Source: Pavona decussata | Taxonomy: Eukaryota | Direction: 5' to 3' | Length of the DNA stretch: 64,000 nt | NCBI GenBank assembly: GCA_977016875.1 | Contig: CDRNST010000257.1 | Location: 62,001 to 126,000 of the forward strand | Shown: one piece after another, positions 12,320-23,954 of the stretch | How the letters are laid out: the number at the start of each line of letters is the position of its first letter | Position numbering within the stretch: position 1 is the first letter of the stretch | The notes under the pieces: generated by a model | What the model saw: the letters and a program-made list of their open reading frames with translations, nothing else | The model's database searches: none | Told to the model about the DNA's origin: nothing | Translations under genes and position numbers: made by a program

Positions 12320-12524
12320 ATGATAATTAGTAAGTTGCGATCGCAAGTTAATAAGTTGTGATCACAAGTTAGTAGGTTGCCACGAAAAAATCGATGTGTC
12401 CCTTATGAAACACCGTACGAAGCGACCATACATGTAACTCGGCAAGTTCGCAAGTTATTATGTTGCAATTGCAAGTTATTAAGTTGCGACAAAAAAATCG
12501 ATACGTCCCTTATAAGCCACCGTA
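12320..12524. repeat. Two tandem putative IS3EU-type element ends (...CACCGTA at 12417 and 12524) with AAGTT(G)/CGCAAGTT subterminal repeats
   Basis: AAAAATCGAT..GTCCCTTAT.A..CACCGTA occurs twice, immediately upstream of transposase 1. The RTA-3' end matches IS3EU termini as I recall them. Confidence 0.55.
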
Positions 12525-14299
12525 GATATCACCAGATATAACGTGAGTAACGATTGCAGACAAGTGAGAGCATTTCTTTATATCTATAGTTTTCAGTCGT
12601 GTTATCTGGTTGTGATTGAGCTGAGTCAGTAGTCAGTAACAACGTTGCACTATTTCTTCAGTACTATACAGATGGGCATAGAGAAGATTTTTGGTTTCAA
12701 CTTTCTGGTGATAAATGTATACAAAGGTAAAACAACGGACGCGTTTCATCCATGTGGCAAGTCGAGAATCGGCTGACGTTTACATTTACGTCGGTGCACG
12801 ATTCTTTCAGTTTTTTCTTGCGGTGGACTTCATTCCACTTTTTAAAGGAAATTCTGTTTTAGGTAAGTAAAAAGGAAGCATTTACACTTTCAAGCTTAAA
12901 AATAACGGTAGTTTGGAAGTGTAGCATGATATGAAAGACAGGGTATTAATTTCACTGATTTCAAAGTTATCTCCATGGGAAGGCTCTTGGATCTCGCTTG
13001 CTTGTCTCAATATAAACTCGAAAATTTCACCTGAAAAGAATCATTTGATAACTTAATGCTAATATTGGGAGCACTCAAGTTTAAAGTTAGTTATTTACAT
13101 GTATAAAAGCACGAGATGAAACCAGAGACCTTGGCTTTTATCCAAACGCTTCCGTGAAGTGACTCGTGCAAAGTAACAGGAGGAACATGAAGTACTGAAA
13201 AGGCGATTGTGTCAAAGTGCATTGCACATATCTCGACCTAGCACGCTCACTTTTCACTGGTAAAACTAAATATTTTAACATGATAAATAAGAAAAATTGC
13301 CCGTTCATAGAAGTTCTTTCATTTGTCACATATTCATACTCCCCCAATGATATGGTCATCTGAAATATGGCAAAAATCACTTTATCTAAGGAATAGCAAA
13401 CGTTGTATTCTTTACGTGGGCAACTTTAAATGTACGGATGTTCAGGTCGAGATAAAAATGTAATGTACTAATTTGCACAATTTCAATCGGGCCATCGGAA
13501 ACGCTTAGGCCAATTTTAAACTTTCCCAATTTTTGCAAAAATAAAAATTTGCTGGAACTTTTTGAATATTATTTTTGAAAAAAGTTTACCAAAAGGGTCT
13601 TTTTGGGCAAATAAAAAGAAATTTTTGCTTCGGTCGCCGGATTCTTGAAAGTTACTGACAACGGCTCCAAAGCTTTTCTTGCCTGAAGGAGTGTCCAAGT
13701 ATGTTTCTATTAAAGATGTGCAGCTGGTGTGGGCAATTATGCACAGGAAATCATTACAAGTTTTCGAGATAAAGATGATAAACAATTCACATTTCAAGAA
13801 TATTTGAGTTAGCATGGTCTTTTTGCCAGCAAATGAACTGTCCACTTAATGTCAACATTAACAGGCGGGGATGAAATCAGAAGATTACTTAGTCACTGTT
13901 GTATTCCTGTATGTCTCTATATTAATGTGAAAAGGATTTGTCTCAAACAAGCAGGTGCTTTATGCTGCATATACAGTGGTATCGTAGCTTCCTGCTCCAA
14001 GCATGATTGCAAAATTAATACGAATACTGAGAATCTTTAACATCAACTGAAACTTGGCTTTGATACTACATAAACATCAATTTTAAACGCTGTAATCCTT
14101 TTTGTCAGTCTCTAGTAGTTTTACAAAATGTTTGTTATTTTGCAGTATAATACAAGAACTTCTCTCCCATCTGAAGGAGGCACATAATCGGGTTTGATAA
14201 ATCGCACTAACTCCTCCAAATCTTCACTGTAATCTTGACAATTTTCAGGGTACATGTCTTTGCACACGTTGACATCGTCAATGTTGACATCTACATGTA

Positions 14300-16135
14300 C
14301 CAGATAGAAGTGTGATCCATATGTCTCTGGTGCAAGCAGTTATGCCGGGTTAAGCGAAAAAAATGCTACAAGTAACAAGCAACGAATTTAAATACCAAAT
14401 TCACAACGCGAGGTTTACGAACAAGGCGACTCCTAAACCCTTTACAGCAAAGCATGTGCAGTCACAGCACCAGATTGATCTTATTGATCTCAGTAAGGAT
14501 CCCGTTGAACACAATGGCAAGGTGTGTAAGTATATGTTATTGGTAATTGACAAATTTAGCCCCTTTTATGGCTAGTTCCAATGGAACGCAAGTCAAGCAG
14601 ACAGGTTTTTCGATTGTTGCGAACAATTTGGACCTGAATTTCAAGGAAAACTGCCGTCTCTTATGTACTCACTATAAGATCAAAATGATAAAATCAAGGT
14701 CTTATCCCCAATCACAGGGAAAGGTGGAGCGATCACTCAGGAGATTAAGAACAAAGATCATGTAGGATCTTATAAACCTGGGAAAGAAGGGTGTAAACTG
14801 GGTGTCTAATCTGGGTTCAAACAATCTCATTCTAAAGGAGGAAAGTAAACAAGAACTGGGATGGAAAAGCCCATTCGAGATTTACTTTGGTCGGAAATCA
14901 CATATTCTTGTCAAGGAAGCGTTAGAGGAAGAAGAAGCTGATACGGATCATTACATCATTGCGGCCCCAAAAAGAAAGGATTATCAGTGCCATCTCAGTA
15001 ACGTCAAAAAATTGCGAAAAAGGGCAAGGCTTTACAGTAAAAGAATAAATAAAATAATACTTAATCGACACGCATGCCTTCACAAAACTCCAGCATACAA
15101 ACCTGGTGATGGGGTTTTAGTCTGCTACCGACCAGATAGCAGAGGAAGTATTCCCTCCAAACAACGCATTGTTCTGAAAGGAACGATCGTAAAGAAAAGT
15201 AAAAGAAGTGCTATGTACAAAGTTCGCATTGTACCTCCTACATCAGAAAGAGAGATAGAGAAGTTGGTTTTTGTTGAAGATATCGTATATCTAATGAGCA
15301 AAGCTGAAAAAGAAAAGAGGGCGAAACAAGAAAAAAAAGCGAAAACTGAAGCAACTCAGAGAAAAGCCCTACATTCCGATGACACGGTACGATCGTTATG
15401 AATCAGTTTCTAGCATGGGTTATTCAGTGGCCTATAATCCAAAAGGTGACGGAAACTGTCAGTTTGAAGCGTTATGCTACTGGCTTGAGAGGCTGGGTAT
15501 ATACCGCTCAGTGGAAACCCTTCGTGATGAAATAGCTGAATACCTTTCACAGCACCCCTATAATGCAGATTGGGATCCTTTAGAGTATTTCACTGGAATA
15601 CCATGGGATGACTATCTTGAGACAATGGCAAAGAACGGTGAATATGAGGACCATATAACATTACAGGCTGCAGCTGAGATATTGTCAATGTCTTGTTGTT
15701 TTGTCCCTTGGTCCTGACGGAACAACAGTGATTTTTCCAACTGCAAACATTCCCATAGCAACGATTCAGCTAGGTCACTTTGCTGAGGAAGCCGGTGAAC
15801 ACTATCTATGTGTTCAAGAAAGCTTCCATTCAAACAAAGAGGCCATGGAATATGTCAGTCAAGTACGCTATGAAAACAGGGAATTCTCGAGTCATGATGA
15901 AAATAGCAATGATAATTTGAACCGATCAGAACACCAGATTACAGAAGAACGACATGAGCCACGAGAGAATGAAGATGGTGACATCTCAAAGAATCAAGAG
16001 GATTCAGGTGCAGAACTACAGAACAACGATGTACGAATTCGTTTTGAGATAACACTTTGACGATGAACAAAGGAAGCCAAAACTTGCCAGAAATATCAGT
16101 GGCAATTCACCTTCCTATTGACCTTATAGATTACA
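14300..16135 (+). mobile_element. Ginger-like DDE integrase + OTU deubiquitinase relic
   Basis: Integrase motifs HQIDLIDL..KYMLLVIDKFS, YPQSQGKVERS and GWKSPFEIYFGRK, followed by an OTU domain (YNPKGDGNCQFEAL...WDDYL..MAKNGEYEDHITLQAAA...GHFAEEAGEHY). Frameshifted. No RT or LTR is associated and no termini were found. Confidence 0.75.
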
Positions 16136-17678
16136 TGTTACGGCCGCATTCCACGTCAATATGTTTAACATTTAGTTCTTTGTATGATTGCACATTCCTA
16201 TCACATTCTTTTCAGATATCACTCTTCATTCTGTTAGATTTCTCTGCATGATTTTCTTTGTTCTTAGATCATTTTGTAAGTTTCATAGTTTATTCTAAAT
16301 CATTTTGCTTCAGCGTTCACGGCAACATCGTTGCAGTTTCTTTCGTTCAGTCTTGTTAGCCATCGTACATTTTTTTCCGTTCAACTTTCTAGCCACACGT
16401 TTGTAAGTATTTTTGCTTAGTTTCTTTCTGTTTCTTGTATTTTCGTCGTTTTACAGCCGTCATTTGTATTCCTTAGTAATTTGTATTTTGTTTCGCTTTT
16501 AGCAACCGTAATCGTAATAACTGTAATAAAGACGAGTTGGAACCGTGGACCATCCTTAGATTATTCGCCTATATTTCGTTGAAACGTTATGGATCCAATT
16601 GGGGAACAAGTTGGAACGGAAAGCGGCAGTTTGGATTTCGCTGCTTCAGCAAATGGTGTAAGTAGGCGAAGGCAGCTCACAGAAAAGGGAAAAGCATTTA
16701 TCCCTCATGTCCGATGGACGGATTCCCAGACTTTATTTGGAAGAATCCAACGTCAAATGAAGGAGATTGATAGTTTGGCGACTAATGAAGAGAATGTGGA
16801 CGTCGTCGAGAGGAATTTAACTTCATTTCGTTTTTCCGTGGAAGAGCTCAAGGCGGGTTTCGCTGCTCTTTTAAATGATCTTGAGTCCGGGGAGGATTTG
16901 GACGTTGCGAACGAATGGTATATTAATCTGAATGAAAGGATTAACGACTTTTTAGACAAAACTGTACTCTGGATTTCAACCGCGAAAGAGACAATCGAAC
17001 ATAGCTTGGAAACAAGATCCCAAATTGGCACGTTATATTCCACATCACATCGGTTAAAGGCATCCTCTAGACATTCTAGCCATTCGATTACCTCAAGCAG
17101 AGCGAAAGAGAAAGCAAAGCCGCAGAGTTAATGGCCAGAGTTGCTATGTTGGAAAAAAGGAAAGAGTTGGAGTTGAGAGTTGAGAAGTTACGCCTCGAAG
17201 AGCAGTTGGCAGTTGCTTGCGTGCGAGAGGGTTTTGTGTTCGCTGAAATTGGAAGGGGTGTCGGCGATGCAGATACGAATGATCGTCAAGAATTGTCTGC
17301 GAAAGATTTTTCTGTACAGGCATCTACTTCACCTGGGCCGTTTCTTCCGACTTCCTCAAGCGCTTACACGTCTTTAGCCGTTACGTCTAACACTATGACT
17401 AAAGTGAGCTTTACCGCTGGTTTATATGACTCTCCTATGATACAAACTCCTCCTAAGCCAATGCAGCATCCAAGTCTGAATCCTTTTGCACCTGAGTTTC
17501 ACGTCTCGGAAATGAAGCAAGATACAGAGCCATTAGGACAACCGAACAAAAACCTTTCGCGAGTGAACCTCGATACACCGCCTACACACATCAAAGCACT
17601 AAGCAGTTCTGTGAAGTCCTTCAACAACAGAACAGATTAACAGAATTACTAGCAGAGAAACAACAACAGAGTTTACGA
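16136..17678 (+). mobile_element. BEL/Pao LTR retrotransposon 5' fragment (LTR + gag N-terminus)
   Basis: Starts TGTTA; T-rich LTR-like tract with AATAAA at ~16525. ORFs 16589-17640 carry RRQLTEKGK, a coiled coil, SSRAKEKAK and LNPFAPEF, as in BEL gag. Truncated at ~17678. Confidence 0.7.
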
Positions 17679-17679
17679 G

Positions 17680-20600
17680 ACAGTAAAATCTTTAAAAATT
17701 AAGCCCTCAAAACGTCAAACAAACTTAAAATAGCTAAACACAAATTCATAGGAATGTTGTTAACAATGGAAGCAGTACGCAGATTTGTTCATTTGCATCC
17801 AGCATTCTGTTGTTCATTCTCGGTCGCACAGCCCAGCGCAATCGCACAGTGCTGTGCACAGTAGTTTGGCTTTAACGCATTTGCATCATCCTGCACAACC
17901 TTTTTCTCTCTTGCAACCACATTTCAGTAATTCCTGACAGCTCTGTGATGCCTGGGGAATTCTCATCCACAAGGGCGCCCACATGTCATTAGCGATTTTC
18001 ACCCAGCCCCATTCACTTGGACACGGAAACGGAGGAGACGGCACTAAGGAATTGCCCCAGCAGTGGCCAGCCTGGTAAGTGGACCTCTTTACATGTTGAC
18101 GTAAGGCATCTGAGGTGGGGGGAATGGCTTCAATGTCTCTCCCTTTACGTGTCAACAGGTCCCTCCGCGCATCATTTACTTTCATACAAATGCTGGTACG
18201 ATCATACATGATGGTGACGTATCGCTTAAGAATAGGCATCACTTCATCCACAACATCCACTGTTGGAGCATTGCTAAGAGCTTGGAAAGCTGCCGTCACA
18301 TCGAATGCGCACCACGCTCCCCATGCTGTCTTTTTGCCATAGTGGGCAAAAGACGACATTTGATCACAGCCTGTGAAGGCGTGAAATGCAAGGAGAGCTT
18401 GTGACTTTTCTTCGCCAATACTACGGGATATGTCGTGTGCTGGCAAATATTTCAGGTGTTTGCCAACACCAAACTCAATCCAAAGCTCGGATAAGGAAAT
18501 GTATTGGAATTTTGCAACTCCGATGACTACGACATCGGTATCGACAGTGCGTACCATTACTTTAGTGTACCCACGTCTTGCAGCATCAGCGGCATGAAGT
18601 AGGAGTCTCGTGTCTACTTCTTTGTGGGCGCAAGGTGACAGATCTGCAGCGTCAGTTCAGTCATTATTAAAGACTACTGTCTCATGTTTAGTCGATACTA
18701 CTTCTCCATGGTCAGTTCCAATTGTGGTAAGCTGCTCGGCCAGGTAAAAAAAAAGTTCCTCTTTGTTCTCGTCAATCCTCAAGAAGACTGTCCAGTCTCC
18801 TGGGATCCTGGTATCCGCTCTGACTCGTCTACGGATACCTTTTCCTCTCTTGCTTCGTGCAGAATCTTTAAGACTGCCCGGGAGATATCTGTCCCATACC
18901 ACATCCACTCTCTTCACATCCCTTAACTGGTTAATTACGTATGGAGGGAAGAGGGTCTCACTCTACTCTTGAAATGTGTTGGACGCTCTAGGCTTTAGCA
19001 TGTTAACGATGGCTGCACCATCTAATAGCAGAGCTTCAACAGATGGCCTTTGTGCTTGGGCTGGTCCATTCTTCTCGAAACACGATAACAAATCCGATTT
19101 GGTACCAGCTCTGAGCTTCCCATACTGAGATAACGAAGGGGGAAAACTCTGGTTCTCGTGACCAAAGAATCCTTCCAAATCATCATCCCTGACCTGACAT
19201 GAAATGTAAAGACGTAAAAACAGAGAGCAGTTGCTCTTGAGTGATGCCATCTTGAGTTTATCGCTAGACTTCTCTTTTGTAGCGGGAGGACTGCTGAATA
19301 GTGGCAACTTGTTTTTCAAACAGTGGTGTTGTTCTCTCGTGTAGCCTTTTGGTAACAAACTGTTGATACTGATCCTTGCTTAGTTGCTCTACAGTTCTGA
19401 CTGTCTCAACAACCTTGGAATCTGCAATGTCACAAGTTTCTAGCACAAACAAGTCACCAGTTTGGTCTGTGAAGGGGTTGCCCATTTCTTCAATGGTGCT
19501 ACAAACTGCGTTCACTTGATTTCGGAAAGTGTTTTGAACTCCTTTCATTTGCTCGTGATGGCGTAAATCTTCTTGCTCTTCTTGTTTCGCTATATTCCTG
19601 ACCAATCCCTGGGACAACTCGAAATCGTTGATTATTCTTGACATTTCTGGTCTTGATACCATCCAGCGCAATAATTGAGTTGGAAGTGAAGCGTAAGCGA
19701 CCAGTAATGAAATTGTGGACTTCTAACTCTGCTTGCTTACGCCAATCGCTAAACGACTTGGGCTCTTCTCCTTCGTTAACACCTTCCCGATATTTCTTGT
19801 ATGCCTTATCCATAATGAAATACAGAGCAGCAGCAGTAACTTGATGTGCGTGGTGGGTGCGTGAAACGTGTGAAGCCTTGAGAAAAGAATCAGCGGTACC
19901 TGGAGTTGTCACGCCAGCTTGTAGTAAAACACTGGTCCAACCACTGTCCTCTACCCAGCTTCTTAGTGCCTTGAGAGCTGCAAGCTCAGTATGAAATCCA
20001 CCGAACATTACCACCAGCTTTTTCTCACCATAAACTGTCAGAAAGTTCCATTGAATCTTCTTAGCAATGGCATAAAGAGGCTGATCGCAGGCGAGAACTG
20101 GAACCTGCCCTTGATTGAGAAGGTTCACTGCTTACGTAATGACGTTGATAGCATGGCAAATCATAGCTGCTGAAGCTGCTTTTTCTTGAAATAGAGGTAG
20201 CAACGAGCTTCTGCTCAACTGATTTCCTCGATTAGGAAGTAACTGGTTTGCATGGAATGCTGCCCATGATATTTGCAAGATATTTTGTGATATTTCTCTG
20301 TTCAGCTCATCCCTTACATGCTGTAGCCATTTATACTCCAAACTGAATGCTTCTTTCATTCCAGGGCAGATGCTTACAAACGAACCTTGAAGACGAGGAA
20401 CATCTGGCTCCTTCTTGGGAAGGATAACTGGTCTTACGGCTGTGTAAGAATCAGGAAGTCGAGCAAGGCGCTTTGCCTTTGAAGGCTGACTTTCAATGCC
20501 CACAACCTCTCGCTCTTCTCCTGGGGCATCGGAAGTGGAATGTTGAAATAACGATATACCAGTTCCATGAAAAGCACCTTGCACAGTTACAGAACTCGGG

Positions 20601-23574
20601 TTGTGGTCAATATTGTCCACGGCAGCAGTTGTGAAAACTCTTTTAAGAAGCTTGGGCGGGCAAACGACTCCTTCTAATTTGAAGCGCACGCAAACACTGT
20701 TTCTTATGTCAGTCAATAATTCCAACACTGTCCTATGAGATTGACAATCCCAGATTGTAGAGCTCATCAACAAGTGTACGCTTTCGCGTTTCAGCGTGAG
20801 TCATGAGGCCTAGATAAATGGGTAGTGTTGGAGTTGCGCTTCCGTCATATCGCTTGACTAGGTCTTGATACCTGGTCCCCCCAAAATCCTTCCAATTAAT
20901 GTTTTCAGAGACTCTGGGACAGATTCCTGCTGACAACTGTTATTAAATGTGCTGTTGAACTTTGATTTAATGTCCAAAATATCCCTACGCATTATCCTCG
21001 TAGCCTTAAGGAGGGTCATAGCTTCATTGTCAAAGTCGCCTTTGCAAGATTGTTGAAGCGCAGTAGCAACTTCGTCATTGAAAGCTAGAAAAATGTCTCG
21101 CCCTTTCTTATGAGCCTAAAGACCTGGGACATTTGCTAAGAGCCTTTCTTTAAGATCAGTAGAGTAAACTCGGCCAGACACCTCCACTCCAAGTTGTGCC
21201 AGACGGTTAGAATGCATGTCTGTAAGTTCTGCTAGCCTAAACAATATGGGAGTGCTACCCTTTGTCTCAGCACGCGTTTCTTCTATATATGCTACTAGCT
21301 GTGCTAATGCGATACTTTGGATTCTCTTTTCTTTTCCATTAATTGTACTCTGTTTCGATTTCTCCGCTTTGTTACAAAGTGCTACCAGGCATTTCGCATG
21401 ATAAACTGCTTCTTGAGAAATCATATCACCTACTGCACTCAATTTCACAATTAACACCTTGTCTCGCAACTGATGCACGCACTCGTGAACCCTTGTATCT
21501 ATATTAAAAGTCGAGGCTTCATGAAGCGTTTCCGAGGAACTTCCACAGAAAAAGCAGCTTTTTTCGGCTTTGGATGTGGTTGCGCGAACACGCCCTTGTA
21601 AATTTAGAATGTTGAGGGGATCCAGGCTCTTCTTCTCTTTTCCGTTTGTCTCCTCTTTTTAGCTTCATGTTACTAAATTTATTTCTGCAGGATTTGTGCA
21701 ATTTTGCTTTTCGCTGCATAAGCGTTTCTGCAATCCCTTCACCCTCATTTAGCTTCTCAACATCTATGGGTATTGGCAAGCTTCGAATTTCACTAAATTG
21801 AAGAATGTTACTAGCCAAGGTGTGGTAACCGGTTCCACACTCTATATCCGATCTTCTCGAGTTTCCTGGGCATTGGAGTGGTTCTGAGGTTGTTTCCTGG
21901 CACAAAATACATTTTGTCCAGTCCACACTAGCACCATCATCTTGTTCAGTCATCGCGGTTATGTGTGATACATTGAAAACAAGGATTATGAGAAGGAACT
22001 TCAGATACATCACATAACGGCAAGCTGTATGGTCAAACGAAATACGGATAGGTGAGGGTCATGTCAAACGGTTGGCCTTTTAATAGCGGTGGAATAGACT
22101 GTACTGATTTAATAATTTCATAACAGCTACCGTCAAATATCTATTCTATGGGTTTTAAATGATATTTCATTATGAAAACTGTTTTGAATATAAGGGGAGT
22201 GTACCGTTGATTTAAGCGTAAGGCGATCAGAAAAGCGAGGGATAAAATTGGCTAGTAAAGATACATTGTTTGCCAAATCAGCAAAGCGAACGATGAAATG
22301 TAATTTGATGAATGAAATTACAAAGTTGCAAAGCCAACCACCGAGAAATCGCTTGCTTCGAAAAATGAGTAGAGGAGATTTCGCTTCTAACTTTCCCCTA
22401 TCAAAGAGCAGTTTTCATGTCCAGAAAGAAAACAGAGTACTTCATTTAAAACTTAGTGAGATGAAAAATTGCTGAAACGTTGTCTAAGAAGACAAAGCAT
22501 GGCAGGGATAGCCGAAGATTTCCCCGCGCTGGCGCGATTTTTATACATTTAGAATCTTAGTCTTTGTTTTTTTCACTAAAGATAGCAATAACTCAAAAAA
22601 GTTAAAAAAAAAGTTCTTACCCTCGTATGGTACTCCAACGAAGAAATGAGAGCGATTAGCAATAATATTTTTGAAAACTGAGGGACGTGTTCAACTACTT
22701 CTACACGTGTGTGGAATAGTAAAAGGAACCTGGCCAATTACAACACTTTGTTGGTTTCCTCATGCACAGAAAAAAATTAAAATTTGTGGTAGATGGACTC
22801 TATTCCATTTTCGGTTACACAGTAAGAGATATATGAATCGTATAAATCTTGGCTTTGAACCAATTCGGTGGAAAAAGTGAAATATGAATTTTTTTTTCAT
22901 CCATCTCACTCTGCTTTCAAAAAAACCCATTCGATAGCCGTCTAAATTTGTTTTGCTAGCCTTCTAACTCGAGAAGAAAAGAATTTAAAAACGAGAAGTT
23001 TGAATAAACCAGGCAGGCAAAAGGAAACCTCGTTTTGACATTCGATGTTCATGTTTAAAAACCTGTGAATAGCCGGAACGATTTCTATTTTTATCAACAG
23101 CCTATTCTTTGTTATGTTAATTGCTTGTTTTGCAATTTATAGGGCAGCGTTACAGCCCCATATTGACGGCTCTGGAAGAAAATATTGTCATCGTATTGGT
23201 CTTGGTTCCTTGTCTATTCTGAAATATATTTTCACCCCAAACCATCGATCAATATTAGCGCAGTATCGCCGTCTCAAAATATCAAGATCAAAGAAAAGCA
23301 AATATATTGAATAATTCTCCACTTTTGGAGAACTGTCGATTTTCTGATGCAGGACTGTGGCTGCTACACGAGAAACAAAACTTGAGCCTCGTCTCCATAC
23401 TAGAATTTTAGTGAGCCACCTTAAACCCGCTGAAACCGCAATTATGGGATAGATCCCAGGTGGGTCCATAGCTAATATTGTTCAGTAGGTATGTCTCCAT
23501 CTATGTGCCAAATTTGGCGCTTTTACCATAAATCCCACAATTCTGTCATATTTTTGCACTGATCTGCCGGACTA
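17680..23574 (-). mobile_element. AcademX DNA transposon relic (only one terminus left)
   Basis: Terminus ...GCACTGATCTGCCGGACTA at 23574 (TAG start on the minus strand). Contains the transposase-XPG-Cys8 gene. The other TIR is missing and the element abuts the BEL fragment. Confidence 0.8.
17814..21953 (-). pseudogene. AcademX protein: Zn fingers + DDE-like transposase + XPG/PIN nuclease + Cys8 (CXC-like) finger
   Basis: N-terminus DWTKCILCQ..HKSC and YHAKC. Transposase-like AVDNIDHN..FHGTG, CDQPLYAIAK, MFGGFH. XPG-like LLDGAAIV, VDVVWDRY, HKEVDTR, RTVDTDV, TGCD. C-terminal CGC..C..CKC..CTALCDC..C. Multiple stops, frameshifts and an internal deletion at ~19665. Confidence 0.85.
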
Positions 23575-23659
23575 TAAAGGTAAGAGGACAGAGCTCTCCA
23601 TTTTTAGATAAAAATTTCAAATCCTTGCCCAACAAATTGAATGGTCCCGGATGGCAATT

Positions 23660-23835
23660 CTATCACAGGGGTACCCCCAACATTTTGCTAGGTTTACCTA
23701 GCTACAGTCACTGTTACCCATGCATTTATATATCTGGGTAAAGAGACAATGTGGAGTAACGTTTCTTTTTTAGGAAACAACATGTAGCAGATGTTAGGAT
23801 TGAAGCAATAACCTTTTGCTTGAGACTCTGATACA
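23660..23835 (-). mobile_element. Degenerate SINE fragment (Nin/Deu-core-like)
   Basis: TACCCATGCATTTATATATCTGGGTAAAGAGACAATGTGGAGTAA..AGGAAACAACA resembles a widespread invertebrate SINE core. Recognised from memory only. Confidence 0.4.
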
Positions 23836-23954
23836 CTTAAAACCATTATCTATCCATTATGCCATTATCCATTATCCATGCCGTGTACATCGTAATGTAA
23901 ATTTAGGTGTTTAAAATAGTAATAACGTTAAACACAATTATTTTTTTTTATCAG

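Noticed and set aside
12530-14290. Gene or element in the AT-rich stretch (likewise 22200-23100 and 38640-39800)
   Set aside because: Only isolated splice-like signals and short ORFs. I could not establish paired termini or domains.
14300-16135. Polinton/Maverick or endogenous virus
   Set aside because: No DNA polymerase B, packaging ATPase or capsid ORFs are seen nearby.
17886-19358. Host XPG/FEN1 or tesmin gene
   Set aside because: It is continuous with an upstream transposase-like region in an intronless, decayed AcademX reading frame.
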